Assembly (NCBI GenBank): GCA_965644265.1
Contig: OZ286473.1
Coordinates: 23,126,001-23,190,000 of the forward strand
Direction: 5' to 3'
From: Glycera tridactyla
Taxonomy: Eukaryota
DNA length: 64,000 nt
Shown here: positions 52,388 through 64,000 of the stretch, piece by piece
Position numbering within the stretch: the first letter of the stretch is position 1
Layout of the letters: each line of letters starts with the position of its first letter
The notes under the pieces: model-generated
What the model was told of the DNA's origin: nothing
The model's input: the letters and a program-made list of their open reading frames with translations, nothing else
Database searches by the model: none
Translations under genes and position numbers: made by a program

Positions 52388-52500
52388 TGTGTTGACGCTG
52401 GTTGCACATCCTGGCGGTGTTTTTGTCAGTGTCTTCTCAGGCTGCCTGAGACTGACTGAGCTCCAATCTATGATTCCTCCTTATATATTGGAAATATGGT

Positions 52501-52565
52501 CACGTGACATGTCACGTGGTTAATTTCTGGTCGTGTGATTGGCCACTTGACTGGTCACGTGACCA
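52501..52565. promoter_or_regulatory. Cluster of palindromic E-boxes (GTCACGTGAC-type)
   Basis: CACGTGACATGTCACGTG (52501-52518) and TGGTCACGTGACCA (52552-52565). Confidence 0.5.
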
Positions 52566-53234
52566 GCTGAAATTTTGAAATATTGTCATATATAGCGGGG
52601 TATATCTGACGTGTCCAAAAATTCAAAGTAGTAGAGATGGTGGTTGGGGTGGTATTGTGGATGTGAATCAATGAATATATCTCTCATTTTCTGATGCTGA
52701 AAGAGAATACTGGGTCTATCCCTTGAAGACTGAATGCATATCATCATCTGGGGCCATACTTGTGTGTACGACGGTAGGGCCGTGTATTTTTTTCTGTCTG
52801 GCACCGATATTTTTGTTCGTTCATCCTGGAAATGTGTTATGCTGTATAGCAATGATACATGTGGCTCTGTCTGAAGAATGATGTGAGATATGGCGGGAAG
52901 TGGCGGGGAGATTGGAAGACAGCTGTGGTGGTCTGAGAGTTTGGGAGGGAAGTGGCGGGAGATTTGAAGACAGCTGTGGTGGTCTGATTTGAGAGTACAA
53001 TGGATAATCTTTGAATATGGCGGTATTTTCTGCCTTGTCATTCTAAAAAAATTTGGGAACATACTATTGGAGGTGTGAACTTTCTGGACACACTATAAAA
53101 TTTGCGAGCCAATTTCATGGATCAATGGTGGACCTTTAAATAAAGCGGGAGTTTGATATTAGTGATCACCCTGTATGGGCTGAAATTGACATTGATGGTC
53201 ACCATGTAGAGGAGAATCTACGTGACTCGTAGGG

Positions 53235-53242
53235 TATAAAAA
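53235..53242 (+). promoter_or_regulatory. TATA box of Maverick gene A
   Basis: GGGTATAAAAAGG, about 190 nt upstream of ATG 53428. Confidence 0.5.
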
Positions 53243-53427
53243 GGACCACCAATTTGGATGGTGAGCTCAGGACACACCATCCTCATTGATGCTACACATC
53301 ACCCTTGCCGAGGCTTCGAAGGAAAACCCAGGATCTCCATCACATCTCCAGAACATCGGCCATCTCAGCAACCCTCTCAAAGGGATCCCAGGCACCAGCT
53401 ACACCAACCGAAGAGGATCATCAGGCG

Positions 53428-54512
53428 ATGGACCCTTCTCCATCGGGATCATCTGAGCCTACCGAAGGTGCAGTAGGACCCATGGCGTCGTCTGAGACAG
53501 GTAGGATAAATGTTTTCCATTTGTATTTCACTCAATCCACTCCCGTTGAAATGTGCGTCCTGATATATTCCGAGGATTGTGCCTACGTTGAAAATCCAGA
53601 TTCAACCAACCAATCAACCAACCAATTAACCAACCATACACTTTTCATTCAACCGGGATTCAGTTGATTTGCACCGGTATGCCGTATGCCTTCCAAAATA
53701 AATTAATTTTGAGATTATGGATCTTGTGGAGAGCGAGATGTCTTTGAAATGTTTTTTCCCGGGAATAACAGCTGATAATCTGATTTCACATGATTTTTTT
53801 CTGCTGTGGTAAATGCGGTTTGTTTTGGTGTGGTTGAATTGGGATATCAGAGATTTGTCATCTGTCACATATGTCTGGAAGGTGTCGGTATATTATGAAT
53901 GTGTGTCACTGATGAAGCAGACATGTACAAGTGCGCGTGTATGTGTGGGTGTGAGTGTGGATGTGAGTATGCGTGTCTGTGAGTGTGCGTGTGGATGATA
54001 TTTCTTATATCTCTTATCGAGTGGAATTTCATAGAATCTGTCTTGAGTATTATCAGGTGAATCATAAATCTTACCTTAGTATGGGGATGACATGATTTGA
54101 TATCCGTAGAGTTTCCCTGGTCAGATTTTGCCCCCCTCCATATAATTCCGATGAAACCTTCGGGTGATCCAATTAGATATTCACCGATATCCCGCTGTGA
54201 TATCTCATTTTCTTGTAATGATTGTGATCTCTGAGTAATGGCATTCGCGTGATGTAGCTGAATATATTATCCATTGACCTGTATCAAGTACAAAAACTGG
54301 AAATCGAGTCATATTCTCTCTTAGCTGAAGATATATCCGTTAGCCTGAGAACAGCTTGTGATATGTCTTTCAAACGTGACCTATTTTGTCTCCTCGACAA
54401 TCTCCATATAAGGGAATTGTCGGTACAACCGACCGTTACCGAAAGATTAGTGAATGATGACACTACGTGTTGATCCAGCACGTGCGTGTGCATGTGCATG
54501 TGTGAGTGTGTG

Positions 54513-54564
<52 letters not shown>

Positions 54565-55456
54565 TGTGTGCAGGTGTGAGAGAAAATGAGAATGATTGAC
54601 TATGCATGTGATAGATTTCATATGCATATTTGCTTAGACAACATCTTTTCTCGTTACTTGTAGATGACCGTAATACACAATCAGAGGAATCCTTGCGCTT
54701 TCTCAGACTGTTGCCTGCTTCCCAACATGTGGAGATAGAATTTATTATCAACCACTGGTACATCTTCATAGTGAGGGAACTTGAAGATCATGTGATGACT
54801 GCCAGGAAAAGATGGCAGGATGCAGGAATACCTCCTAAAGGGTTCTCATTGTTGAAGAGGGAATCAAAACAGCATTGAATGAGGACATGTATGATGCTGG
54901 GTATCCGTTTGCCACTCTTTTTGGCGAACTGTATTCTAAACATCCCAACACAGCTATCGAATATTTGACAAGATTCATAGCACAAGATATGGCTACCAGT
55001 GATCACAGAATGTTCCCAGAAGTGAACGAAATACACAAGGGTGACCAACTGCAGGAATTGTTGCGGAATGTTGTGTGGAGGTGTCTGACTGATTCTACAT
55101 CCTTCTGGTATCGTGAAGTTCGATTGGGACTGTGTGAAAGTGTCTTTGATGATGAGGATGAAACTTCGGATGAATCTGGTGAATTTAGTGAGGAATCGAG
55201 TGAATTCTAACATTTTAATGGTGAAATATCCCTCTTTCACCCCTTCTTTGTAGAATTCATCACACCACAGGAAGTTTTGGACATATTGACTGAATCAACC
55301 TATTCATGCTTATATGAAGAGATTGCAATCATTATTCATGAGATGGATCATATTGATCATCTTATCAACAGACAGAGACAACCACATCAATACGTTCATA
55401 TGGGTGTCATTCAATATTGGAATGGGTGTTATTTAGATATATTTATCCAGGGATAG
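53428..55456 (+). CDS. Spliced hypothetical protein, Maverick gene A (~260 aa, one frameshift)
   Basis: Exons 53428-53500, 54664-55178 (or 55199) and 55254-55456; all junctions are GT-AG and phase 1. A -1 shift near 54835-54845 joins track ORFs 54630 and 54875. No recognisable homology. Confidence 0.5.
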
Positions 55457-55592
55457 CTGAGAGTTGATATAACCATATTGCAGTTTGATGTCTAAAAATA
55501 TACTTACTTTTCTAAATACGTTTGAAAACGACAAAGTTGGTGCCGTCCTCCCAAGCAAACTCGCGAATGACCTGGCATGTGGCTGCGTCAGA

Positions 55593-55603
55593 TATATATA
55601 AAA
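55593..55603 (+). promoter_or_regulatory. TATA box upstream of the putative PolB first exon
   Basis: TATATATAAAA preceded by TGCGTCA; ATG at 55654 in ACAAACATG context. Confidence 0.4.
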
Positions 55604-55653
55604 TGTTCATCACAAGATTTTCTGCAACTTGAAGATTCTGCTGTTGGACAAAC

Positions 55654-56252
55654 ATGAGAATTCGGGCCCAACGAGCGCCACTCGTGTCCCACGCAAATGG
55701 GACGAAAAATAAATACGTTGCAGACTCCATGACTACGAAAGGTGATGTGACCCGCTATAGAGGACACGGTTCGGAGGTATAAGGTTAAACTCACAACATG
55801 ATGACATCACATATATTAATACACATTCATATGCTGACATCAGCGACGGATATGATCACCATGGTCTTTGCGGGTTGAAAAAAATTGTCCGTCTGACAAT
55901 CAGTCAATCAGTTTGAATGTGTGCGCCATCCATCCAACCGTCCATCCATCCGTCCATCCATCCATCCATCCATCGGTCCATCCATCCATCGGTCCTATGC
56001 TTAGACGGTGCAATTATCACCAAGATATTGTATACTTGTTCCAGATGTGCATGATGCATTACCAATATCAGCGGCAAAAATCAATGAAATGATAGACCTG
56101 GCCTGTGATGAAACAATCCCCCCTGGGGCACACCGAGCATCAGCGATGGACATATCTACCACTGAATCTGAAACTGATGAGATCAGTAAACCAGCACTAC
56201 CTAAGAGACGGCCGAAAAAAAGTTATCAGGAAGAGCGCAATTTCTTTGCAAC
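55654..56252 (+). CDS. Putative first two exons of the extended PolB gene
   Basis: 55654-55741 (phase-1 donor) and 56045-56252 (ttccag acceptor; strong gtaagt donor at 56253, phase 2). Encodes ..[17 protein letters not shown].. with an NLS-like basic patch. Confidence 0.45.
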
Positions 56253-56712
56253 GTAAGTTCATTATATCTTGATAATCTTTCTTTACTACAGGATGTGATC
56301 ATCATATTACTTTAACTCTATTAATTCTATACACAGGCAAAATTGATGTCAATAGTTGGGGCGAAAATATAGTAAAAGTGACACCTATGGAGGATCTTGT
56401 GAATGAAATTGATGAAATTCCCTGAGTTCGTATTTTAGATGGTACTTGAACCATATGTGATCACTCAACTGTCACGACCTCAAGTATATTCCGTATTCAC
56501 CAATTTGTATTCTATAAGGTCATATCGCTGAATCACGTGGGTGTCATAGGGAGATATCCTATCATATTGAATAGATTGACTGATAAGATGTGTGTCTATT
56601 ACATTCTGAATGAATGTGAATTTTGTGGTGAGTATAGGATTTTAGTGTTCTGTCATTCGATCATATCATAATACTCACGTGTTCATGGTAGAAATATTCT
56701 GTATCATTCCAG

Positions 56713-59382
56713 TGTTTTGTGTCGTGGACTTGTGCGTGCCATCTCCGTGTTCGGTGAGGAGATGCACACGGCTCTCTCTTCTCAACTCGCTTCCGTGACG
56801 GTGCCGGCTAGCCCTCGAGTGAACCAATTCCTATCCATGGTTCAAGCACCTGCTCTCAACAACAACCCAGCAGCTGCTAGGAAATCATCAATTAAGGGAG
56901 TATCGGGAAAAAGCTCAAAACCATCCAAGAACGACAAGAAGCCCACAGCACGTGCAAAGTTGCTCGTGCCCCCGTTGGGAAGACTTTGAAAACAGGCAAT
57001 AAGGTTTCTATCCGAAAGGGTGGTAAGGGTGCATCTGAAACATTGCCAAAATTGGTATCATCCCCCATTTTGTCCAGGTCGATCACCCGTAAATCTGATT
57101 CTCAGATCAAAAATTCCAATCATTCGACCATCCCAATTTCTGGAACAGATAGTAGTAAGGACGAAAGTAAAATTGACACGAATTTGGATGATACCAAAGG
57201 GGATTCGGTCAAATTTGGTCATAAAGCACCCGGCAAGAGTGTCGAGTCCAAATTACCACTACTTTCATCAGCTCCAAAGAAATGCATGACTACAGAGATC
57301 GGTGATAATGTTGTTCAATTTCAGGAGAAAGAACTTCGTAAAACAAGTTCTTTCACATCAAAGCTCTCTACTGGGAAGAAGCGAGTTGGAGTTGATCTGC
57401 GTGAGCCACCTGAGCAGATTAAGTCTAGGAAGCTTGAGAAGGTGACCATCAAACCACCACAGCTGCGTCCGATGCCACCACAACAGCCGCCGATCACACG
57501 TAACGCCCAACCACCACACAAGCAGCCGAAACAGCGTCAAGCTGTCATAGGTAATGATTCCTCCACTCCATTAAGTGATGTGTTTGCAGAAGCATTGGCT
57601 GGAATTCAGTCTTTAAATGAATGCTCTGGTTCATCCTATGGTTATCCTATCCCTTTGTCATTACCTGACATATCTTCAATGACATTAGAATCACCAAATT
57701 TATCACCTTCTGTGACAAAATGTACAGGCAAATCTGATACTCAAGATGTGAGTTTGAGTCACAAAGCCTCAATTTCATCATCACGGTATTCACAAGCCAA
57801 TCCACATCTATTGGATACTTCACCAGTTCACACTTCTGTATCACAGGTGTCAACTGTGAAGATTCCAAGTGATTCACAAACCTCTCTGGTTTATATATCG
57901 AAAGTGGCACCATCTGTGTCAGATGCACCGATAGTGTCATTACAACTGCCGTCGTTAAGTGCTTTATTATATATCAACACTCCTGTGTCACATGTGAAAT
58001 CATCTCAGGTATCTACAACTTTGGTGTCATCATCATCACATCACCGTGTCTCATCATCGGTGCTATCAGTATCTGAACCCGATCAGTCATCGGTCACCAC
58101 TGTGACATCGAGCTCTGATTATTTTTCAAAATTACCGATTCCCGGTGATTTCACTAAAAAAGTGAATTGTAAACCACCACTTATCCGGACCGGATCATGT
58201 GTCCCACCATTATCAGCCAAAGTTCTTAATCAGAAGAACACTTTCCAGATAAGTAGGTTACAGCTTCGTAAATCTTGTGTGAATAATAATCCAGCAAAGT
58301 ATGTCGAAGACACACCCAGAAGGGTGAAAATTCCAATCTGTAGGAATTTGTTCCAAGTGTTTGATGGTGGATCAAGTGATAATTCTAAAAATATATCCAC
58401 TCCGTCACTGGGTTGCACCACTCTATCAGAATCATCTTTTTCTGAGGATGATTCTTGTGGACCATCTCTCTCATCCTTACATTCTGACGGTCATGTCATC
58501 AAAAGTGACTCATCAAAAGTTAAGGTGTCTGAGACCGTAGTGATTAGAAAGGGTGACGTGTGTAGAGATATTATTTCAGACACATCCAGTAAGATGGACA
58601 TAATTTATATTGATTCTTCTGATGAGAAATCTGATGAAAAAGGTGAAATGAGTGGTAAAGATGACAATGGGGTGTCTCCTAATAATTGTTGTGAATCAGA
58701 TCAGAGTGATGGCCCCATTTTTGTCTGGGACGATTGTGATAGTGAGCTGAGCGGTGGTGATGATATCCAAAGTTCAGTTATCAACGTTAATGATGAGCAT
58801 GAATCTGGTGGTGATGATATCTCTGATATGCATGGCAACGACGATAACAGTAATGATGACGACAATGATAGTGACAACGACAGCGATGACAACGATGATC
58901 GTCAGGGTGACAAGGACGATAATACCGGCGACGACAACGACGATAATAGTAGTGACGATAACTCAACTGATGACGATAATAGTACCGGTGATGATGACAA
59001 TTACAACGGTGACGACGATAACAGCGGGGGTGACAATAATTCTGACAATGACGACTATGACGCGGACGATGATTCTAGCGACGGTTGTGACGAAGAAAAT
59101 GATAGTGGAAACGATGCTGATGACGAGTATGAATCATCGTCTGAATCTCAAATCATCAATGACAATTGTGACAACATTGAAATATGTGGTGATGACACAG
59201 GGGTGAATAACAACTTAGGTACTGAACAGATCACTCATGATGCTATGCAACCATCTAAACACCCTCTTATTTCATTTTCATGCCGTATATGTAGTTCAAA
59301 TGAGACCGGTGAAGAAGGGGTTGTGAAATCCGATTTCTCGTGCTTACAAGACATCTATGACCATGTGCAAGAACACCATAAG
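56713..59382 (+). CDS. Long Ser/Pro/Lys-rich, Asp-rich region ending in a C2H2-like finger; putative N-terminal exon of PolB
   Basis: Track ORFs 56717 and 56986 join by a -1 shift near 56955. Asp-rich tract ~58840-59130; CRIC..HVQEH finger; phase-2 acceptor at 56712 and phase-0 donor AAG|GTATAT at 59383. Confidence 0.7.
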
Positions 59383-59736
59383 GTATATATTCCTGAAATC
59401 TACTTGATCAGTATGAATATAGACTCAATTTTGGATATATCAATATGGAGTTCTCAGTTGATGATACTACATTTTCATATATCACCTCCTCATTCAAGTT
59501 TTTATTCATTGAATGCAGTAGTGATAGGGCTTTTCAATCCAATTATCATTGTCTGAATTTGGGACTAATGCTCGCCTAATTTTTGATTCATCAAGTCTGT
59601 AGCACAGATAGATGCCAGTGAATATGTGGCGTAATGTCACATCTTATGTGTACTGGCAATTTAACTTATTTTCTGAGGACCCTTTTGGTGTGTATCTCCA
59701 TGAAAATATATGAGTTTTTTCTCTATCTTGTTTCAG

Positions 59737-62700
59737 ACAATTAGACAAGATCATACTGGTGGTGCACCAACAACAAGATCAAGGGCGAGAAATCGGAAAT
59801 CCCCCTCTTCTTCATCCGGCAATGTCAAAGGCGGTAGAGGCGGTGGTGGTGGTGGTGGTGGTGGTGGTGGCGGTGATAGCAAAGCAAGAAGCACAGGTGG
59901 TGACACGAAACGGATCGGATCAACTTCGACAAGCCGTCTGAACAGTAAGACCAGTGATAAATCTATTTTGCATGATAAAGGTAATGCTGCTACATCTACA
60001 TCAGCTAATGCATCTAATTCATCACCACAATCTTCATCATCTAGCGGTGATGACGGACATGATGGCGGTGGTGATCATGGTGGTGGCGAAGGTGGTGGCG
60101 ATGGTGGTGGCGATGGTGGTGGCGACGATGGTGGTGATGATGGTGATGATGATGGTGACGGTGGTGATGAATCTCCTGCATTAAGTGATGAAGATGATGA
60201 TGACAATGTGGATGATGATCCCCTTGAAGATTTTTTAAATATTGCCGACATTAGAGTGAGTCCAAATGAGCAAGCTGACCATAATGCAGGCTCACCAATC
60301 AACTACATTTCCCCTAACAACCCTTTGTATATCCATTCACCAGTTGTTATCAATGATGACGAGCAGGAGATATTTCAAGTACAACGATATGCACATGAAA
60401 CTTTTGCGGGTGGGTTGGTCGGGGGAGCTCTTTTTAAGATAACCCCTCTAGATTCATTTCTCTCCACAATTTCGCCATCATCTATAGAGGAGATCCGTGA
60501 TGTTATCAAAGTGATTCTAGAGAAAATTCTTGAAGGGTTTTCAAATTCAAGCTCTCCTGACAATATTTTCAAAATAGTATTTGATCAGGCTTTGTTAGAT
60601 TCCCCTTTGATAATTGAGCCTCAGAAATATTCTGAACTCAACATCTGGGAGATTCTTGGTAAAATAGCTGCCGTATTACAATCTAAGAGAGAAGTAGCCA
60701 TTGATAGAACCTTTTTTATAACAGTTTCAGTGATTAGATCTATAGAAGATGGCGGCTTTGGTAGCAGAAAAACCATATCACTATTAAATGAAGACACACA
60801 ATCTCTGTATGCTAAACGGTCTATTGTGCAAATTCGTAATGACTGTAGTGAAAGTTGTCTTCCCCGTTCTGTTCTGGTCTCGTGGGCTTGTAACGTGCAG
60901 ACAACTAAAGAGAATTTTCAGTTGTTGAAAATTGACAGTGATAAGGATGATGTTGATACATGTTTGAGGGTTGGTAAAACAACCCCAGCTCTTTACAAGG
61001 CGATAAGGGATCCTAGAGGAAAGGTTCAGGATAGAGCTCTCCATAAATTACTTTTGAGAGCTGGGCTTGGCGATCAGGAAACTTTCAATCTCAATCATTT
61101 GGAAAATTTAGAAGAGACTTTGAAGTGTGGGGTATATGTATTATCACAGCTTAGTGGTAATAAGTTTGTAAGGACACCCCCACAACATATCAAAGAGTTC
61201 GGATGGATCAAAGTCTATATTTATCATCACAGGATTGATCCTGGGGACATAACATCTCCATTCCATTTCGACTCAATTACAAAATTGAATGCGTTCTTCG
61301 ATAAACGGGCCATCTGCGAGGAATGCTGTAAACCAAAAAAGAATGATTTCAGCGTGTGCTGTATGCCGCCAAAATGCTGGAAATGTGAATCAAATTATTG
61401 TGGATTGATAAAGAATAAGGAGGATGTCATATCATGTAAGTCATGTACTACTTCGTTCAAATCTCTAGAATGTTATGAACGCCACAAATCTGTGACATGT
61501 ATGAAATTTTGGACATGTGGTTGGTGTTCTAAAACGTTTGAATATTCCAAAAGGACCAGAGAATTTCACCAGTGTGGTGAATATTTATGTAAAAAATGTG
61601 ACAATTACTTTTTGGATCATCATGTGTGTTATATTCGGGCCAAACCTACAAATGTCCAGAAGAGTAAGAATAGGAAAGACAATTTGTTCATATTCTTCGA
61701 TATAGAAACAACTCAAGAGGATGTGACACAATGTTCTCTTGGAAATTTATTGCCACAACAGAGATGTGACAGTTGCAGAGATAGTGTCTTTCCATGTAAT
61801 GTGTGCAGCAAGTGTTTGAATTGCGGTAGTCCAACATGTGGATGCTTTAAGCATAACGGCAATCTGGTGGTCGCTCAGAAAGCATGTGATGAGTGCCGTG
61901 ATTTGCCCTTTGCAGCTGATATCCCGTGCAATCGTTGTGGAGATAGATGTAGTTTGAAATGTAAGCTTAGACGTAAGAAAGACCCGGTAAGACAATATAA
62001 GCAAAAACAAGTGTGTCCTGAGGGCGATTGTGGTACGAGAGAAAGAGTCTTTTTTGGGGATTCATGCATCAGAAATTTCCTGACCTGGCTACTGTCACCT
62101 GAAAATGATGGTGCAACTGTGATATCTCACAATGGCAGCGGGTATGATCATATCTTGATTTTACGAGAATTGCTAAGAAATAAGGACATTGACCCTGCCG
62201 AAGTGATATTCACAGGCTCAAAACTATTATTCATGGAGATCAACAATCCCATTTCCATACGATTTCTGGACAATTACAAGTTCATATCGTATCCGCTAGC
62301 CTCACTACCCAAGGCCTTCCATCTGAATCAATCCGAGGATTCAGAAATTGACGTCAACCTGTGCAAAGGTTATTTCCCTCACTTATTCAATAAGAAATGT
62401 AACGAGAACTATGTGGGACCTTATCCATCGCAATCTTACTATTCTGTAAACACGATGAAGCCTGAAACGGCAGACGCTTTCGATCTATGGTATAATGAAA
62501 AGATGATATCTGGCGATGTTTTTGATCTTAAGTCTGAATTAATCTCATACTGCATAAATGATGTAGTCATTCTGAGACTAACATGTATGAAATTTCGGAA
62601 ATTGGTTATGGAATTATGCGGGATAGACCCCTACGAGAAATCAATGACGCTGGCCAGCATGGCTATGAGAATATTCCAGACCAAATTCATCACAGAGTAT

Positions 62701-64000
62701 TATGAGGTACTTTTGTCACTAAAACCCGGCTCTACAGCACTCGAGTGGATACAAACTGGTATATATTACTCAGCCTGTCAACGGAATGGTGAAATCAAGA
62801 TTGATTTTGGTAACGGTCGTGGAATGATACTCTTTAAAAATTTACCTAAGGGGTATAAGATTGAGAAAAAGAAGTTCTTGTACACCGAATTAGGTCGAGT
62901 CCCACCAGGTGGTTATCGAAGTTACATTCACGGTCATAGTAAGATTGCGTTGGAATGGCTGGGGTTTATGGCAGAAAGTGAATCATATGAAATTTATCAT
63001 GCTGGCAACTGGTCGGAGGTAGGGATAAGAATGAGAGATGGCAGAGTGGTGTATGCCGACGGATTTGCCACAGGTGACGGGAGGTCTCTCCCTATAAAAC
63101 CTGTTATTCAAAATCCAACACCCGGTGACACTATATTTTACTTTCACGGGTGTTGGTTTCATTCTTGCCCATCATGTTTCCCCTTGAATCGAAACGCCGT
63201 CCATTGTGAAAAAACTGACAGAACCAGAAATGAGATATATCAAGAAACCATAAATAGGTCAGCTCTACTTTCTGCTATGGGGTTCAATATAATTACGTGT
63301 TGGGAGCATGATTTCAGGTCACTTCTTATTAACAATCTCTTTGCACAGGTTGTTGTTAATGGTCTGGAAGAGATTGAGGATCCAATGGATCCAAGAGATG
63401 GATATTACGGTGGGAGGGTTGAGGTTTTCAAGATGAGTTATTCAGAGGGAGATATCCGCCTAGATGAATCTTCCAATCTCACATTCCCACGAGTAGAATA
63501 TGCCGATGTCACTTCATTATACCCCTGGGTGATGAAATCCAAGAAGTTTCCTCTAGGTCACCCCAAAGTTATGACCTATGATTTGTATACTGGTGGGTTT
63601 GATCTGTCATTAAAACCATATTTTGGATTGGCCAAAGTATCAATTCTACCTCCTAGAAAACTGTATTATCCGGTCTTACCATTCAGAATCAGGCAAAAAC
63701 TACTCTTTTCCCTGTGCGCACAATGTTCATCTCAAGAGAAACCACCCAAGATTTGTTCATGCCCTGATTCTTCCAGAGTTATTAAAGGGACATGGGTGAC
63801 ACCCGAGTTGAGATTTGCTATAGATAGAGGGTATAAGGTTCTGAAAATTCACGAAGTTTATCATTATGATAAGACTTCTGAGAATACAATCGACTCTTTC
63901 ACAAATGAAAATGTGAATCTTTTCAAAGACTATGTGAATCTGTTTTTAAAAATAAAAACAGAGAGTAGTGGATACCCCACAGGCTGTGAGTCATACGCTG
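59737..64000 (+). CDS. polB: Protein-primed family B DNA polymerase (Maverick/Polinton pPolB), 3'-truncated by the window
   Basis: 1421 codons without a stop. Motifs: FDIET (ExoI, 61699), HNGSGYD (ExoII), KGYFPHLFN, YCINDV (ExoIII), PRDGYYGGRVE, YADVTSLYP (motif A, 63499), GTWVTPEL and LFKDYVNLFLKIK..SSGYP. An unspliced start is possible at ATG 59710. Confidence 0.95.

Larger units (their letters stand above)
52030..64000 (+). mobile_element. Maverick/Polinton-like element, left part (runs off the window)
   Basis: Intact pPolB frame; composition changes near 52030; AGTAGT motifs at 52032, 52042 and 52627 are candidate termini. The left boundary is uncertain because the right TIR, integrase, ATPase and capsid genes are not in the window. 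Confidence 0.8.

Noticed and set aside
52586-53062. 158-aa minus-strand ORF in the Maverick left region
   Set aside because: It overlaps a 52-bp direct repeat and regulatory-looking sequence and has no protein motif; more likely non-coding.
54828-54850. Programmed -1 frameshift at AAAGGGT
   Set aside because: The heptamer is out of register with the zero frame and not canonical. A simple indel is more likely.

Overview
This is eukaryotic, animal-like nuclear DNA rich in microsatellites and N-runs. (1) 486-6592: a minus-strand Ty3/gypsy-type LTR element with 888-bp LTRs that look identical by eye except for one base, TG..CA ends, a 4-bp GCAG target-site duplication, a PBS and a PPT. It carries gag, a decayed upstream ORF and a frameshifted F-like env fragment, but no pol. 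(2) 6600-27900: intergenic DNA dominated by MITEs, SINE-like repeats, tandem repeats and one 153-nt near-perfect foldback. (3) 27980-39926: a minus-strand spliced host gene with four PAN/apple-like exons followed by a four-exon trypsin-type serine protease domain. The 3' part of the exon just before the catalytic-Ser exon is repeated in tandem together with its splice donor. (4) 40400-51800: Penelope and LINE remnants, a Harbinger MITE and an ~868-bp tandem array. (5) ~52030 to the window end: the left part of a Maverick/Polinton-like element. Its protein-primed PolB frame is open from 59737 (or ATG 59710) to the window edge and is missing from the ORF track because it has no stop inside the window. 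The most unusual observation is that this PolB appears joined by phase-compatible GT-AG introns to a very long disordered, acidic, C2H2-finger N-terminal extension, next to a second intron-containing gene. All assignments come from motif recognition by eye; no database search was run.
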